From positions 13,600 to 77,599 of the forward strand of contig JAFIFN010000002.1 of assembly GCA_020832005.1 (NCBI GenBank): DNA of 64,000 bases, written 5' to 3'. This document shows, piece after piece, positions 36,577 through 44,467 of the stretch; positions within the stretch are counted from its first letter, which is position 1, and the number at the start of each line of letters is the position of its first letter. The stretch is from Gammaproteobacteria bacterium (lineage in GTDB: Bacteria > Pseudomonadota > Gammaproteobacteria > Steroidobacterales > PWYM01). The position numbers and the translations under genes are program-made. Under the pieces are notes generated by a model. That model did no database searches. It was not told the DNA's origin and was given only the letters and a program-made list of their open reading frames with translations.

Positions 36577-37935
36577 ATGCAGGACCAGACAGTCGTTCGG
36601 GTCACCGACAGCATCGACAACAGTCCTGTCGGAAACTTCCAGAGAATGATTATCCTGCTGTGCTTCCTGGTGGCACTCCTCGAGGGCTATGACACCCAGA
36701 TCATGGCGTACGTCGCGCCGAAACTGGCGCAGGAATGGGGCGTCACACCGGCAGGGTTCGGACCCGTCTTTGCGGCAAGTCTCGTCGGACTGATGTTCGG
36801 CGCCGCCGGGTTGGGCTGGGCGGGAGATCGCTTTGGCCGCAAGCCGGTGCTGCTGGTTTCGATCACCATCGTCGGTGTTTTCACACTGCTGATCGCCACC
36901 TCGTCATCGCTTGGCGAGACGCTGGTCTACAGATTTCTGTCGGGCATCGGCATTGGCGGCACGCTGCCCAACATCACGGCCCTGGTCAGCGAGTTTTCGC
37001 CCCGCCGCAGACGCTCGACGCTGGTCGCGGTCGTGCTCAGCGGCTTTCCGCTGGGCGCCGCCCTGGGAGGGCCCGTTTCCTCGGCATTGATCGCAACCTA
37101 CGGCTGGCCGTGGGTATTCGTGCTCGGTGGGGTTTTGCCGCTGGTCCTCGTCGGTGTGCTGGGTCTGCTGCTTCCCGAATCGATACGGTTCCTCGCAGCA
37201 ACCGAACCCGGCCAGCAACGTATTGGCGTCCTGCTCGCCAGGATCGACAAGACGATCCAGCTGTCGCCGCAAACCCGCTTCGAGGTAGAGAGTCCGCCGA
37301 AGAGCAGCAAATCAAGAGTCGGCCAGCTGTTCGAGGATGGGCGGTTGGGCGGCACACTGGCCCTGTGGTGTGTCTTCTTCGCCAACCTGCTGATGCTGTA
37401 TTTCGTCATCAACTGGCTACCCACCCTGTTTACCCAGGGCGGGCTCGAACTTTCCGATGCGATCATTGCCACGGCACTGTTCAGCATAGGCGGCTTGATC
37501 TCGGGGCTCGCGATCGGACGCCTGATGGACAGCATTCCGCCTCATTGGGTCTTCATCACAGCCTATGCGATTGGCGCGGCCAGCGTGCTGGCACTGGGCG
37601 CATCGGTGTCAGCCGCGCAGGCGCCGCTGCTGATCGCCTTGTCCATGGCTGCCGGCGCCGGGATCGCAGGTCCGCAGCTCGCGATCAATGCGCTGGCCGC
37701 CAACTACTATCCTGTGCACATCCGAAGCACCGGCCTGGGGGCGGCGCTTGCCGTTGGACGGGTAGGCTCGATCCTTGGACCCGTGGTCGGATCGGCTGTG
37801 CTTTTGCTCAACTGGGGGGCGGACGAGATTCTAAAGGCCCTTGCGATACCCGCGGCTGCGTGCATGATCGCGATCTTCGCGCATCGTGCCGCAAGCCGCG
37901 CAGCTAGTACCCGCGCGCCGTCAGCCACTGGCTGA
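36577..37935 (+). CDS. MFS transporter, AAHS-like
   Basis: ORF 36538..37935 (TTG) trimmed to the ATG at 36577. LLEGYDTQIMAYVAPKL and GDRFGRKPVLL. It is a paralog of the 24765 transporter. Confidence 0.9.
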   Translation: MQDQTVVRVTDSIDNSPVGNFQRMIILLCFLVALLEGYDTQIMAYVAPKLAQEWGVTPAGFGPVFAASLVGLMFGAAGLGWAGDRFGRKPVLLVSITIVGVFTLLIATSSSLGETLVYRFLSGIGIGGTLPNITALVSEFSPRRRRSTLVAVVLSGFPLGAALGGPVSSALIATYGWPWVFVLGGVLPLVLVGVLGLLLPESIRFLAATEPGQQRIGVLLARIDKTIQLSPQTRFEVESPPKSSKSRVGQLFEDGRLGGTLALWCVFFANLLMLYFVINWLPTLFTQGGLELSDAIIATALFSIGGLISGLAIGRLMDSIPPHWVFITAYAIGAASVLALGASVSAAQAPLLIALSMAAGAGIAGPQLAINALAANYYPVHIRSTGLGAALAVGRVGSILGPVVGSAVLLLNWGADEILKALAIPAAACMIAIFAHRAASRAASTRAPSATG

Positions 37936-39070
37936 TCACGGCGGCAGCCTCATCAACCAGGGCGCGCTGGCCAACGTAATAGTGCGTCGCGCCGACGATC
38001 TCGGCCATGGTTCTGTCCTCACTTGCGACGGCCTCGAAGAGTCGATGCGTATGACTGGGGGTACAGGCATCGTCGGCGGTATTTCCGATCACGAGCACCG
38101 GTACCGATACACGCTGCAGGGAAGCAGGACCATCTGCGTTCGAGTCATCCAGACTCCATTGCGACAACCAGCTTCTCAGTGTGCAGAACCGCGCGAGGCC
38201 TACCGGGCTGTTGTTGACAGTGCGCGGATCACCCAAGTAGCACCAGCGCGGTTTCCGCTCGTTCGGATCCACTGACGGGTCGAGCCACCGCGGGTCGGCC
38301 ATCGTGCCATGCACGACGAAGCACAACTCCTCGGACTGTCGACCCTGCTCGCGAAGTGAGCCGAGCTTCGCCTTCACCCAGGCGGTGATGTTGCGATTGC
38401 GCCTTTCCTGGGCTGCCCGGTAGCGCTGCAGAAACTGCTCGCTGTAAGGCGGTTGGTTCGGATTGCGCGGATCGTAGAGGTCGAGTTCCGGATCCCGGCG
38501 CTCCGGGTCGTTTTCGTCAATGATCGACGCATCCATCCACTCGGTGAGCGTTCTCGCCCGACTGACATGCGCTGCAATGAGCACCAGGCCGTCGGCCGCA
38601 GACAACTCGGCCGCGGTGAGGTCGGGTGGATCACCGGCGGGCGTGCAGACCACACTGGGCCGCTCGGCCTGGGCCTGGTAGAACGCAGAGAGTGATCCGC
38701 CGCCACTCCAGCCGACGAGGATGACGCGGCTGTAGCCCAGGCGTTCGCGCGCGTCGCGCACGCAGGCGCCCAGGTCCAGCGCGACTTTCTCCATGATCAG
38801 GGCGTAATCGACCCCCGGATACCTGCTGTTGCAGTAGATGACGTGGTGTCCCGCCCGGGCCAGGGCCGACACCACAGGCAGGTACTCGCCGCCGCCGATG
38901 GGATGCATGAATACCAGCACGGTGTCGGAGGGTGTCGTACGCGGGCGCAACAGGTGGGCCTTGAGCGCCACATGTCCAACCTCACCCCCGTAGGTATCCT
39001 TGAACAGGGCCTTTTCCCGAAAGGTGATCAGATAAGGTATCCGGTCATATTCGCTGCTGCGAACTGTCAT
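37904..39070 (-). CDS. alpha/beta hydrolase (GWSGG nucleophile elbow), specific family not recognised
   Basis: ORF 37904..39070. VLVFMHPIGGG..., VILVGWSGGGSLSAFY (G-x-S-x-G), and a C-terminal ..DDACTPSHTHRL..GATHYY consistent with Asp/His triad positions. The start overlaps the upstream stop (ATGA). Confidence 0.7.
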   Translation of the reverse strand: MTVRSSEYDRIPYLITFREKALFKDTYGGEVGHVALKAHLLRPRTTPSDTVLVFMHPIGGGEYLPVVSALARAGHHVIYCNSRYPGVDYALIMEKVALDLGACVRDARERLGYSRVILVGWSGGGSLSAFYQAQAERPSVVCTPAGDPPDLTAAELSAADGLVLIAAHVSRARTLTEWMDASIIDENDPERRDPELDLYDPRNPNQPPYSEQFLQRYRAAQERRNRNITAWVKAKLGSLREQGRQSEELCFVVHGTMADPRWLDPSVDPNERKPRWCYLGDPRTVNNSPVGLARFCTLRSWLSQWSLDDSNADGPASLQRVSVPVLVIGNTADDACTPSHTHRLFEAVASEDRTMAEIVGATHYYVGQRALVDEAAAVISQWLTARGY

Positions 39071-39480
39071 GATGCCTCCTTGCCGGAATCGCCCGACGCC
39101 TCGTGGGGGGCCGTCACGCCCGAGAGCCGCAGATAGCGGGGATTGTCGATGCGCAGCTGCTCGATCGTCGTGGCCCGCAGATGGGCGCTCAGCTCGGGAT
39201 TGCTCCAGTGGATTTCGCCGGCGTGCAGTGCCTTGCAGAGTTGTGCATCGAGCGTGGAGAGATCGGTCTCGCTGCTGCCGAGGAGTGTCTGCAGGCGCTG
39301 TCTCTGCGCGGGCTCGTGGACCGGTCTCAGCGCCAGTTCACGACACACGAGCTCGACGCAGTTGCGGGCGATCCGTGCCTCCCAGTCTCGCCCACCCGCA
39401 GCCTCCTCCCGGATCAATGACTGCAGGAAAGCGCTGACTGCGCGTAGCAGTACCGGTGCCTCAGGGGATCTGGCAGTCAT
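39067..39480 (-). CDS. small helical protein, DUF6285-like (possible partner of the adjacent kinase)
   Basis: ORF 39067..39489 (TTG) trimmed to the ATG at 39480. 137 aa. Both ends overlap neighbouring genes. Its position between a phosphotransferase and its operon partners matches what I recall for DUF6285. No diagnostic motif can be verified by eye. Confidence 0.5.
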   Translation of the reverse strand: MTARSPEAPVLLRAVSAFLQSLIREEAAGGRDWEARIARNCVELVCRELALRPVHEPAQRQRLQTLLGSSETDLSTLDAQLCKALHAGEIHWSNPELSAHLRATTIEQLRIDNPRYLRLSGVTAPHEASGDSGKEAS

Positions 39481-40486
39481 GACCTTCAATCACCTCCAGG
39501 AGATCCAGCTCCACTTCCGATACCCGTCGTCCGATCGCCAGTCGTTCCAGTGACGGCTGGGCACTGGCTAGCGTGTCATGCAGAAACCACTGACAGATCA
39601 CGCCCCACTTCAGCGTGCCCAACACCTCCCAGAATCGCAATCTGGCAGCATCGACCTGAGACTCGCCGCACTGGGCGTATGCTTCATACAGCGCCTGGCG
39701 AGTGCCTATGCCACCCATCGCCAGGTCGAGGCGCCCGAAACGCCACGGACGAATGCACAGCCACGCGAGGTCTTCCATCGGATCCCCGATATGTGCCATC
39801 TCCCAGTCCAGCACAGCCACCAGACCGCCGTCGTCAACGATCAGGTTACCCACACGAAAGTCGCCATGGACGACAACCTCAGGGTACTCGCCAGGCAGAT
39901 GCGCCTTCAGCCACTGAATCGCCAGCTCGAATACCGGTATCGGTTGACCGTAGTCGCGATGCAATCCGGCGAGCAGGTCCAGCTGCGCACGCGCGCCGAA
40001 GGGATGCAGCATGTCGAAGTCCGCAACAGGCAGGGCATGAATGGCAGCCAGTTCCCGGGCACACTGTGCCGTAAGCTGCGCCCTCGCAGGCGCCAGCGCC
40101 TCGGCGGTCACGATCCGACGTCCGACTGTCTCGCCGCGCTGGAAGCGGGTCGCGAATCCCTCCGGCAGGCCATCGCCTGGCCCGGTGAACAGCAGCACCT
40201 CGGGTGTGGTGATGCCACTGGCAGCCGCCAGCCTTGCCACATGACCCTGCGCAACCTTGCCAAGTGCACCGGGAAACTGCCGAGCGCTGGCGAAAAGCTG
40301 CAGCACCATCTCCACGTCCTGCCCGCCGTCTATCGTCGCGGAGAGGTGGAAACTGTCAGCAGACGCACCCGCTGACAGGCGGCGCAGCTGTGTAACCTGC
40401 AGACGACTCTGGTGCTGCCGCGACCAGGCCTTCTCGATCTTGTCGATCAGCTCGTCGGCTGCTCGCTCCTGTCCCGCATCGCCCAT
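39461..40486 (-). CDS. phosphotransferase (APH/ChoK-like kinase, ACAD10/11 N-terminal-domain-like)
   Basis: ORF 39461..40486. Catalytic loop VVVHGDFRVGNLIV (HxDxxxxN) and the metal-binding loop AVLDWEMAHIGDPMEDLAW. Confidence 0.85.
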   Translation of the reverse strand: MGDAGQERAADELIDKIEKAWSRQHQSRLQVTQLRRLSAGASADSFHLSATIDGGQDVEMVLQLFASARQFPGALGKVAQGHVARLAAASGITTPEVLLFTGPGDGLPEGFATRFQRGETVGRRIVTAEALAPARAQLTAQCARELAAIHALPVADFDMLHPFGARAQLDLLAGLHRDYGQPIPVFELAIQWLKAHLPGEYPEVVVHGDFRVGNLIVDDGGLVAVLDWEMAHIGDPMEDLAWLCIRPWRFGRLDLAMGGIGTRQALYEAYAQCGESQVDAARLRFWEVLGTLKWGVICQWFLHDTLASAQPSLERLAIGRRVSEVELDLLEVIEGHDCQIP

Positions 40487-40494
40487 CGAAGCCT

Positions 40495-41712
40495 CTAGGC
40501 CTTGCGCCTAGGCGGGACAAGCTCGTCGGCGGTCCCAAAGTCCACACCGGGCTCGTCAGGACCATAGCGGCGCAACATGCGCCGGGCGGTGGATTGAATA
40601 TGCACCTCGTCGGGCCCGTCGTAGATCCGGGCCTCCCGCGCATGCCGGAACATGCGCTCCAGCGGCTGCAGCGGGGTGAGCCCCTCGGCCCCGAACACCT
40701 GGATTGCCCTGTCCGTGACCTGCGTGACCATGCGGGCACCGACGACCTTGATCATGGCGATCTCATCGCGCGCCTGCAGGCCCCGGTCGAGCTTGGCGGC
40801 TGCATCGAGCGTCATGCACCTGACGGCATGAATCTCCGCTGCGCTGTCAAAGACATGCTGTTGCATCAACTGCTTCTCAGCCAGAGGGCTGCCAAATGCG
40901 ACGCGTTCGTTGAGCCTGCGACACATCAGATCGAAAGCGCGCTGCGCCTGGCCCAGCCACCGCATGCAATGAAAGATTCGTCCGGGCCCGAGCCGCTGCT
41001 GGGCGATGATGAAGCCCTGACCCCGCTCGCCAACCAGATTGGACTGCGGGACGAGGACGTCGTTGAGTTCGATCTCGTAGTGGCCTTCTTCCATGCCGAG
41101 CACGGGATAATCCCGTACGATCCGATAGCCCGGTGTGCTCGTGGGCACAATGATCATGCTGAACGCGCGATGCGGCGGCACATCTGACTCGGTCCGGCAC
41201 ATCACGGTGGTGTAGGCCGCATCCGCCGCGCCAGTGGTAAACCATTTGCGCCCACTGATCCGCCACTGGTCACCCTCAAGCACAGCGCGTGTCTGCAACT
41301 GTGTGGGGTCCGAACTCGATACCCCCGGCTCGGTCATCGCGAAACTGGGCACGAACTCTCCAGCGACCAGCGGCGCGAGGTATTTTTCCTTCCACTCCTC
41401 TGAGGCATGCTGGCGCAGCATCAGCGAGTCCTGCAAAGACAGGGTTCCCAGCGCCTGCATGGCGTAGTGCGAGCGGCCAATCACTTCGTTCACGCGGACA
41501 TAGTCAAGAAACGGCATGCCCTGGCCGCCGATCTCAACAGGATGCCCAGGCGCCCAAAGCCCCGCCTCCTTGGCCTGTCGCATGAGCCCGCGCATCAGGC
41601 TTCGCGACTCATCGCGTGGTCCGGCTGCCAGGCGCCCTTCCAGCGGATAGATAAGCTGCTCGATGAACTCGAGCGTACGCTGCCGGAGTTCCGCCCAACT
41701 GTCATCTGTCAT
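40495..41712 (-). CDS. acyl-CoA dehydrogenase family protein (FadE2 / ACAD10-11-like clade)
   Basis: ORF 40495..41835 trimmed to the ATG at 41712, with GGGAGGA upstream. FAMTEPGVSSSDPTQL, WFTTGAADA, and the C-terminal ...HAREARIYDGPDEVHIQ typical of the FadE2-like subgroup. Confidence 0.9.
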   Translation of the reverse strand: MTDDSWAELRQRTLEFIEQLIYPLEGRLAAGPRDESRSLMRGLMRQAKEAGLWAPGHPVEIGGQGMPFLDYVRVNEVIGRSHYAMQALGTLSLQDSLMLRQHASEEWKEKYLAPLVAGEFVPSFAMTEPGVSSSDPTQLQTRAVLEGDQWRISGRKWFTTGAADAAYTTVMCRTESDVPPHRAFSMIIVPTSTPGYRIVRDYPVLGMEEGHYEIELNDVLVPQSNLVGERGQGFIIAQQRLGPGRIFHCMRWLGQAQRAFDLMCRRLNERVAFGSPLAEKQLMQQHVFDSAAEIHAVRCMTLDAAAKLDRGLQARDEIAMIKVVGARMVTQVTDRAIQVFGAEGLTPLQPLERMFRHAREARIYDGPDEVHIQSTARRMLRRYGPDEPGVDFGTADELVPPRRKA

Positions 41713-41738
41713 ACGAATCCTCCCATGAGGCGCCGGCC

Positions 41739-42110
41739 TCAATGTGGCTTCGTGGTGTCGGGAAGGCTTACCGTGCGGCGCTTGAGTGTCCAGCCACGCC
41801 CGGAGCCGTACTGAGCGTCGAGGCGCATCATCCATCGGTAGATCATGCGCGTAAACAGCACATAGAAGACCAGTGTGAACACGATCGGCTTCCAGCCGAA
41901 TATCCAGGTCTGCTCGTGTATGACAAACTCGAACACGATCATCCCCAGGATCAGATAGACGTGAATCACGGTGGAGATGAGAATACTCAGGCGCATGTAG
42001 CGAGCAGGATTACCCGAGAACTCGCGCGACGCCCCCGCCGCAACACGCTCATCCCGTTCCTGCGCAGACTGGGTTCCGTCCATGGGGTGGCCCTTCTGTT
42101 CCTGGCTCAT
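41739..42110 (-). CDS. hypothetical small membrane protein (2 predicted TM helices)
   Basis: ORF 41739..42110. Hydrophobic stretches LSILISTVIHVYLILGMIVFEFVI and IVFTLVFYVLFTRMIY. It is 3 nt downstream of the previous membrane-protein gene and 26 nt upstream of the ACAD gene. I do not recognise a family. Confidence 0.5.
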   Translation of the reverse strand: MSQEQKGHPMDGTQSAQERDERVAAGASREFSGNPARYMRLSILISTVIHVYLILGMIVFEFVIHEQTWIFGWKPIVFTLVFYVLFTRMIYRWMMRLDAQYGSGRGWTLKRRTVSLPDTTKPH

Positions 42111-42113
42111 CGT

Positions 42114-42638
42114 TCAGATCGGCTTGGTGACGGCAAGGTAAATCACGGCCATGGCGAACACCATGACCGGTCCGCTGGTCACGAGGAAAAACCACCAGTG
42201 CCGGTGAATCGCCTGCTCGTAGCGCACCATGTCGCCCGTTTCCCGGATACGGCGCTTGTTACCACCAAGATGAGAGATGTAGTAGTCGCAGATCTCGATC
42301 GGAAGAAACACGCCGACGATAATGAGGATCTTCAGAGTGAGCCATGCCGCGCTCGTCGACCACCCGCCAGCGATGTACAGGAGAGGACCGGTCAACAGCA
42401 CAATCGGAAAGGCAATATGCTCATACGAGGCACCATGGTCGAAGCGCTCCATCACCCAGTTGCGCAACTCGATGACGCCCTCGTCTCCAGGGTTCCGGCG
42501 CCAGGCCTTGAATACCGGCACGAGGTAGTAGGCATACGCCACCGACGTGCTCCAGACCCACACCATCACCGCCAGCAGGTGAATGAACTTCAGTTGCAGA
42601 TAGAACGGGGCGAGCAGATCCTGCAGCAATCCAATCAT
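42114..42638 (-). CDS. hypothetical polytopic membrane protein (about 4 TM; LKxxH motif in TM1)
   Basis: ORF 42114..42671 (TTG) trimmed to the ATG at 42638. YLQLKFIHLLAVMVWVWSTSVAYAYYLV, IAFPIVLLTGPLLYIAGGW, LKILIIVGVFLPIEI, WWFFLVTSGPVMVFAMAVIYL. It loosely resembles HemJ/CopD/DUF2269-type proteins, but this is not a confident family call. Confidence 0.55.
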   Translation of the reverse strand: MIGLLQDLLAPFYLQLKFIHLLAVMVWVWSTSVAYAYYLVPVFKAWRRNPGDEGVIELRNWVMERFDHGASYEHIAFPIVLLTGPLLYIAGGWSTSAAWLTLKILIIVGVFLPIEICDYYISHLGGNKRRIRETGDMVRYEQAIHRHWWFFLVTSGPVMVFAMAVIYLAVTKPI

Positions 42639-42717
42639 AGCCGACTCTTGAGCGAATTCCCGGCCATGCAACCGGGTGGTTTGGTTCTCGCGGTATCTTC
42701 TTGCGCTCCCGGCAACA

Positions 42718-42734
42718 TGTCAAGTATATTGACA
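42718..42734. promoter_or_regulatory. inverted repeat in a divergent promoter region (candidate operator)
   Basis: TGTCAA-GTATA-TTGACA (6-nt arms, 5-nt spacer) lies between the divergent starts at 42638 (-) and 42817 (+). It shares the GTATATTG core with the 30500/34443 motif. Confidence 0.4.
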
Positions 42735-42816
42735 GAACCAGTCGCTCTGGGTCTCTTCTGCTTTCTGGGCTGAGCGGGAGAGAATCTGCGGTATCGGGCC
42801 ACCGGGGGAGGTGGAA

Positions 42817-44376
42817 ATGTTTTCATTGAGCCAGATTCTGGTTCGAATGCAATCGATCGGACGCGACACGCTCGCCGTTCGTTTCGGCGAGCATAAGCTG
42901 TCCTGGCAGCAGCTCCATGATGAGGTCGAACAGCTGGCCGGCGCGCTGGTTGCGGCGGGCCTCGGAAAGGGCGACCGGGTCGCGGTGCTGGCACCCAACA
43001 GCGTCCTCACCCTGCAACTCATGTTCGCCGTGCCCTGGGCAGGCGGTGTGTTTGTCCCGATCAATACGCGACTGTCCGTTCGCGAGATGCTGGAGTGGGT
43101 GGCCGACAGCAGCGCGCAGGTCGTGGTTGTAGCCGATGCGAGCGATGAAGTCATCGCCGCCCTGCGAGAAGGCTGCGGTGACGGTGTTGTCCTGATCCAC
43201 CATGGCGATAAATCAGCGCCAGACGGCTTTCGCAGCCTGACCTCACTACTTGCCAAGGCCGATGCACTGCCAGACCAGGGCCGGTGCGGCGAGGATGTAG
43301 CTGCACTGTTCTACACGGGCGGTACTACAGGCAGATCCAAGGGCGTCATGCTCAGCCACGCCGGCATCATCCTCAATTCCCTGCAATGGTGTTCGGCGGT
43401 CGGTGTCACGCCTTCTGACAGGATTCTTGTGGTCGCACCGATGTTTCACATGGTCGGCGCACTCAATGCCGTGGTCGGCGTCATGCTGGGCGTGGAGATC
43501 GTGATCCTGCCCAGATTCGATCCGAAGTTGCTGCTACGCAGCATCGAGGAAACCAAACCGACCAAGGTGGCACTGGTGCCGGTGATGATCGATGCCATGG
43601 TTCGGCTGGCCGCCAATGGCGGATACGACCTCAGCAGCCTCCGCAAGATCAGCTATGGCGGCTCACCCATCTCCGAACGCAGCCTTGAGAACGCATTGCG
43701 GGTACTGCCTGACGTGGACTTCTATCAGATCTACGGCCAGACGGAAGGCGGCCCGACGATCAGCGTGCTCGGTCCGCAGTACCACGTCCTGGAAGGACCC
43801 ATGAGTGGCCGGTTGCGAAGCGCCGGACGCCCCGTTCCGCTGACCGAAGTGCGTATCGTCGATCCGGCTGGCCAGCCCGCCGCGCCGGGTGAGGTGGGCG
43901 AGATCTGCGTCTGCGGGCCTGCGCTGTCGCTTGGCTACTGGAACCAGCCCGAAGCGACCGAAGCGGTGCGCGTCGGCCAGTGGCGCCGCACCGGCGATGC
44001 CGGATACATCGATGACGAGGGATTCCTTTATATCGTTGACCGAATCAAGGACATGATCGTATCGGGCGGCGAGAACGTCTACGCAGCCGAGGTCGAAAAC
44101 GTTCTGTATCAGCACCCCGCCGTCAGCCAGTGCGCCGTCATCGGCATTCCCAGTGACAGGTGGGGTGAGCAGGTCCACGCCGTGGTTCATCCTCTTCCGG
44201 ACCATGACGTCGACGCAGACGAGCTCATCGCCTTCTGCCGCGAGCGCCTGGCCGCCTTCAAAAGCATCCGCAGCGTCGACTTCTCCCGCGACCCCCTGCC
44301 ACTGAGCGGGGCCAACAAGATCCTCAAGAGAGTCATCCGGGATCGCTACTGGAAAGACAACACCGCGGCACCTTGA
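42817..44376 (+). CDS. AMP-dependent acyl-CoA synthetase/ligase
   Basis: ORF 42811..44376 trimmed to the ATG at 42817, with GGAGG upstream. AMP-binding motifs LFYTGGTTGRSKGVMLSH, YGQTEG, TGDAGYIDDEGFLYIVDRIKDMI, GENV. Confidence 0.9.
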   Translation: MFSLSQILVRMQSIGRDTLAVRFGEHKLSWQQLHDEVEQLAGALVAAGLGKGDRVAVLAPNSVLTLQLMFAVPWAGGVFVPINTRLSVREMLEWVADSSAQVVVVADASDEVIAALREGCGDGVVLIHHGDKSAPDGFRSLTSLLAKADALPDQGRCGEDVAALFYTGGTTGRSKGVMLSHAGIILNSLQWCSAVGVTPSDRILVVAPMFHMVGALNAVVGVMLGVEIVILPRFDPKLLLRSIEETKPTKVALVPVMIDAMVRLAANGGYDLSSLRKISYGGSPISERSLENALRVLPDVDFYQIYGQTEGGPTISVLGPQYHVLEGPMSGRLRSAGRPVPLTEVRIVDPAGQPAAPGEVGEICVCGPALSLGYWNQPEATEAVRVGQWRRTGDAGYIDDEGFLYIVDRIKDMIVSGGENVYAAEVENVLYQHPAVSQCAVIGIPSDRWGEQVHAVVHPLPDHDVDADELIAFCRERLAAFKSIRSVDFSRDPLPLSGANKILKRVIRDRYWKDNTAAP

Positions 44377-44467
44377 GTCGCCCTATTGCAAAAGCCTTTT
44401 TGTCAAGTAAACTCACAAAGTCATTATCGGCTTCTGTCTCGCACGAAGTACTAACCGGGGGAGTAAC

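Noticed and set aside
44385-44420. AT-rich imperfect repeat TTGCAAAAGCCTTTTTGTCAA between the acyl-CoA synthetase and the second receptor, considered as a terminator or operator.
   Set aside because: The arms are imperfect and AT-rich, and the GntR-type motif is absent. I cannot distinguish a terminator from an operator from chance.
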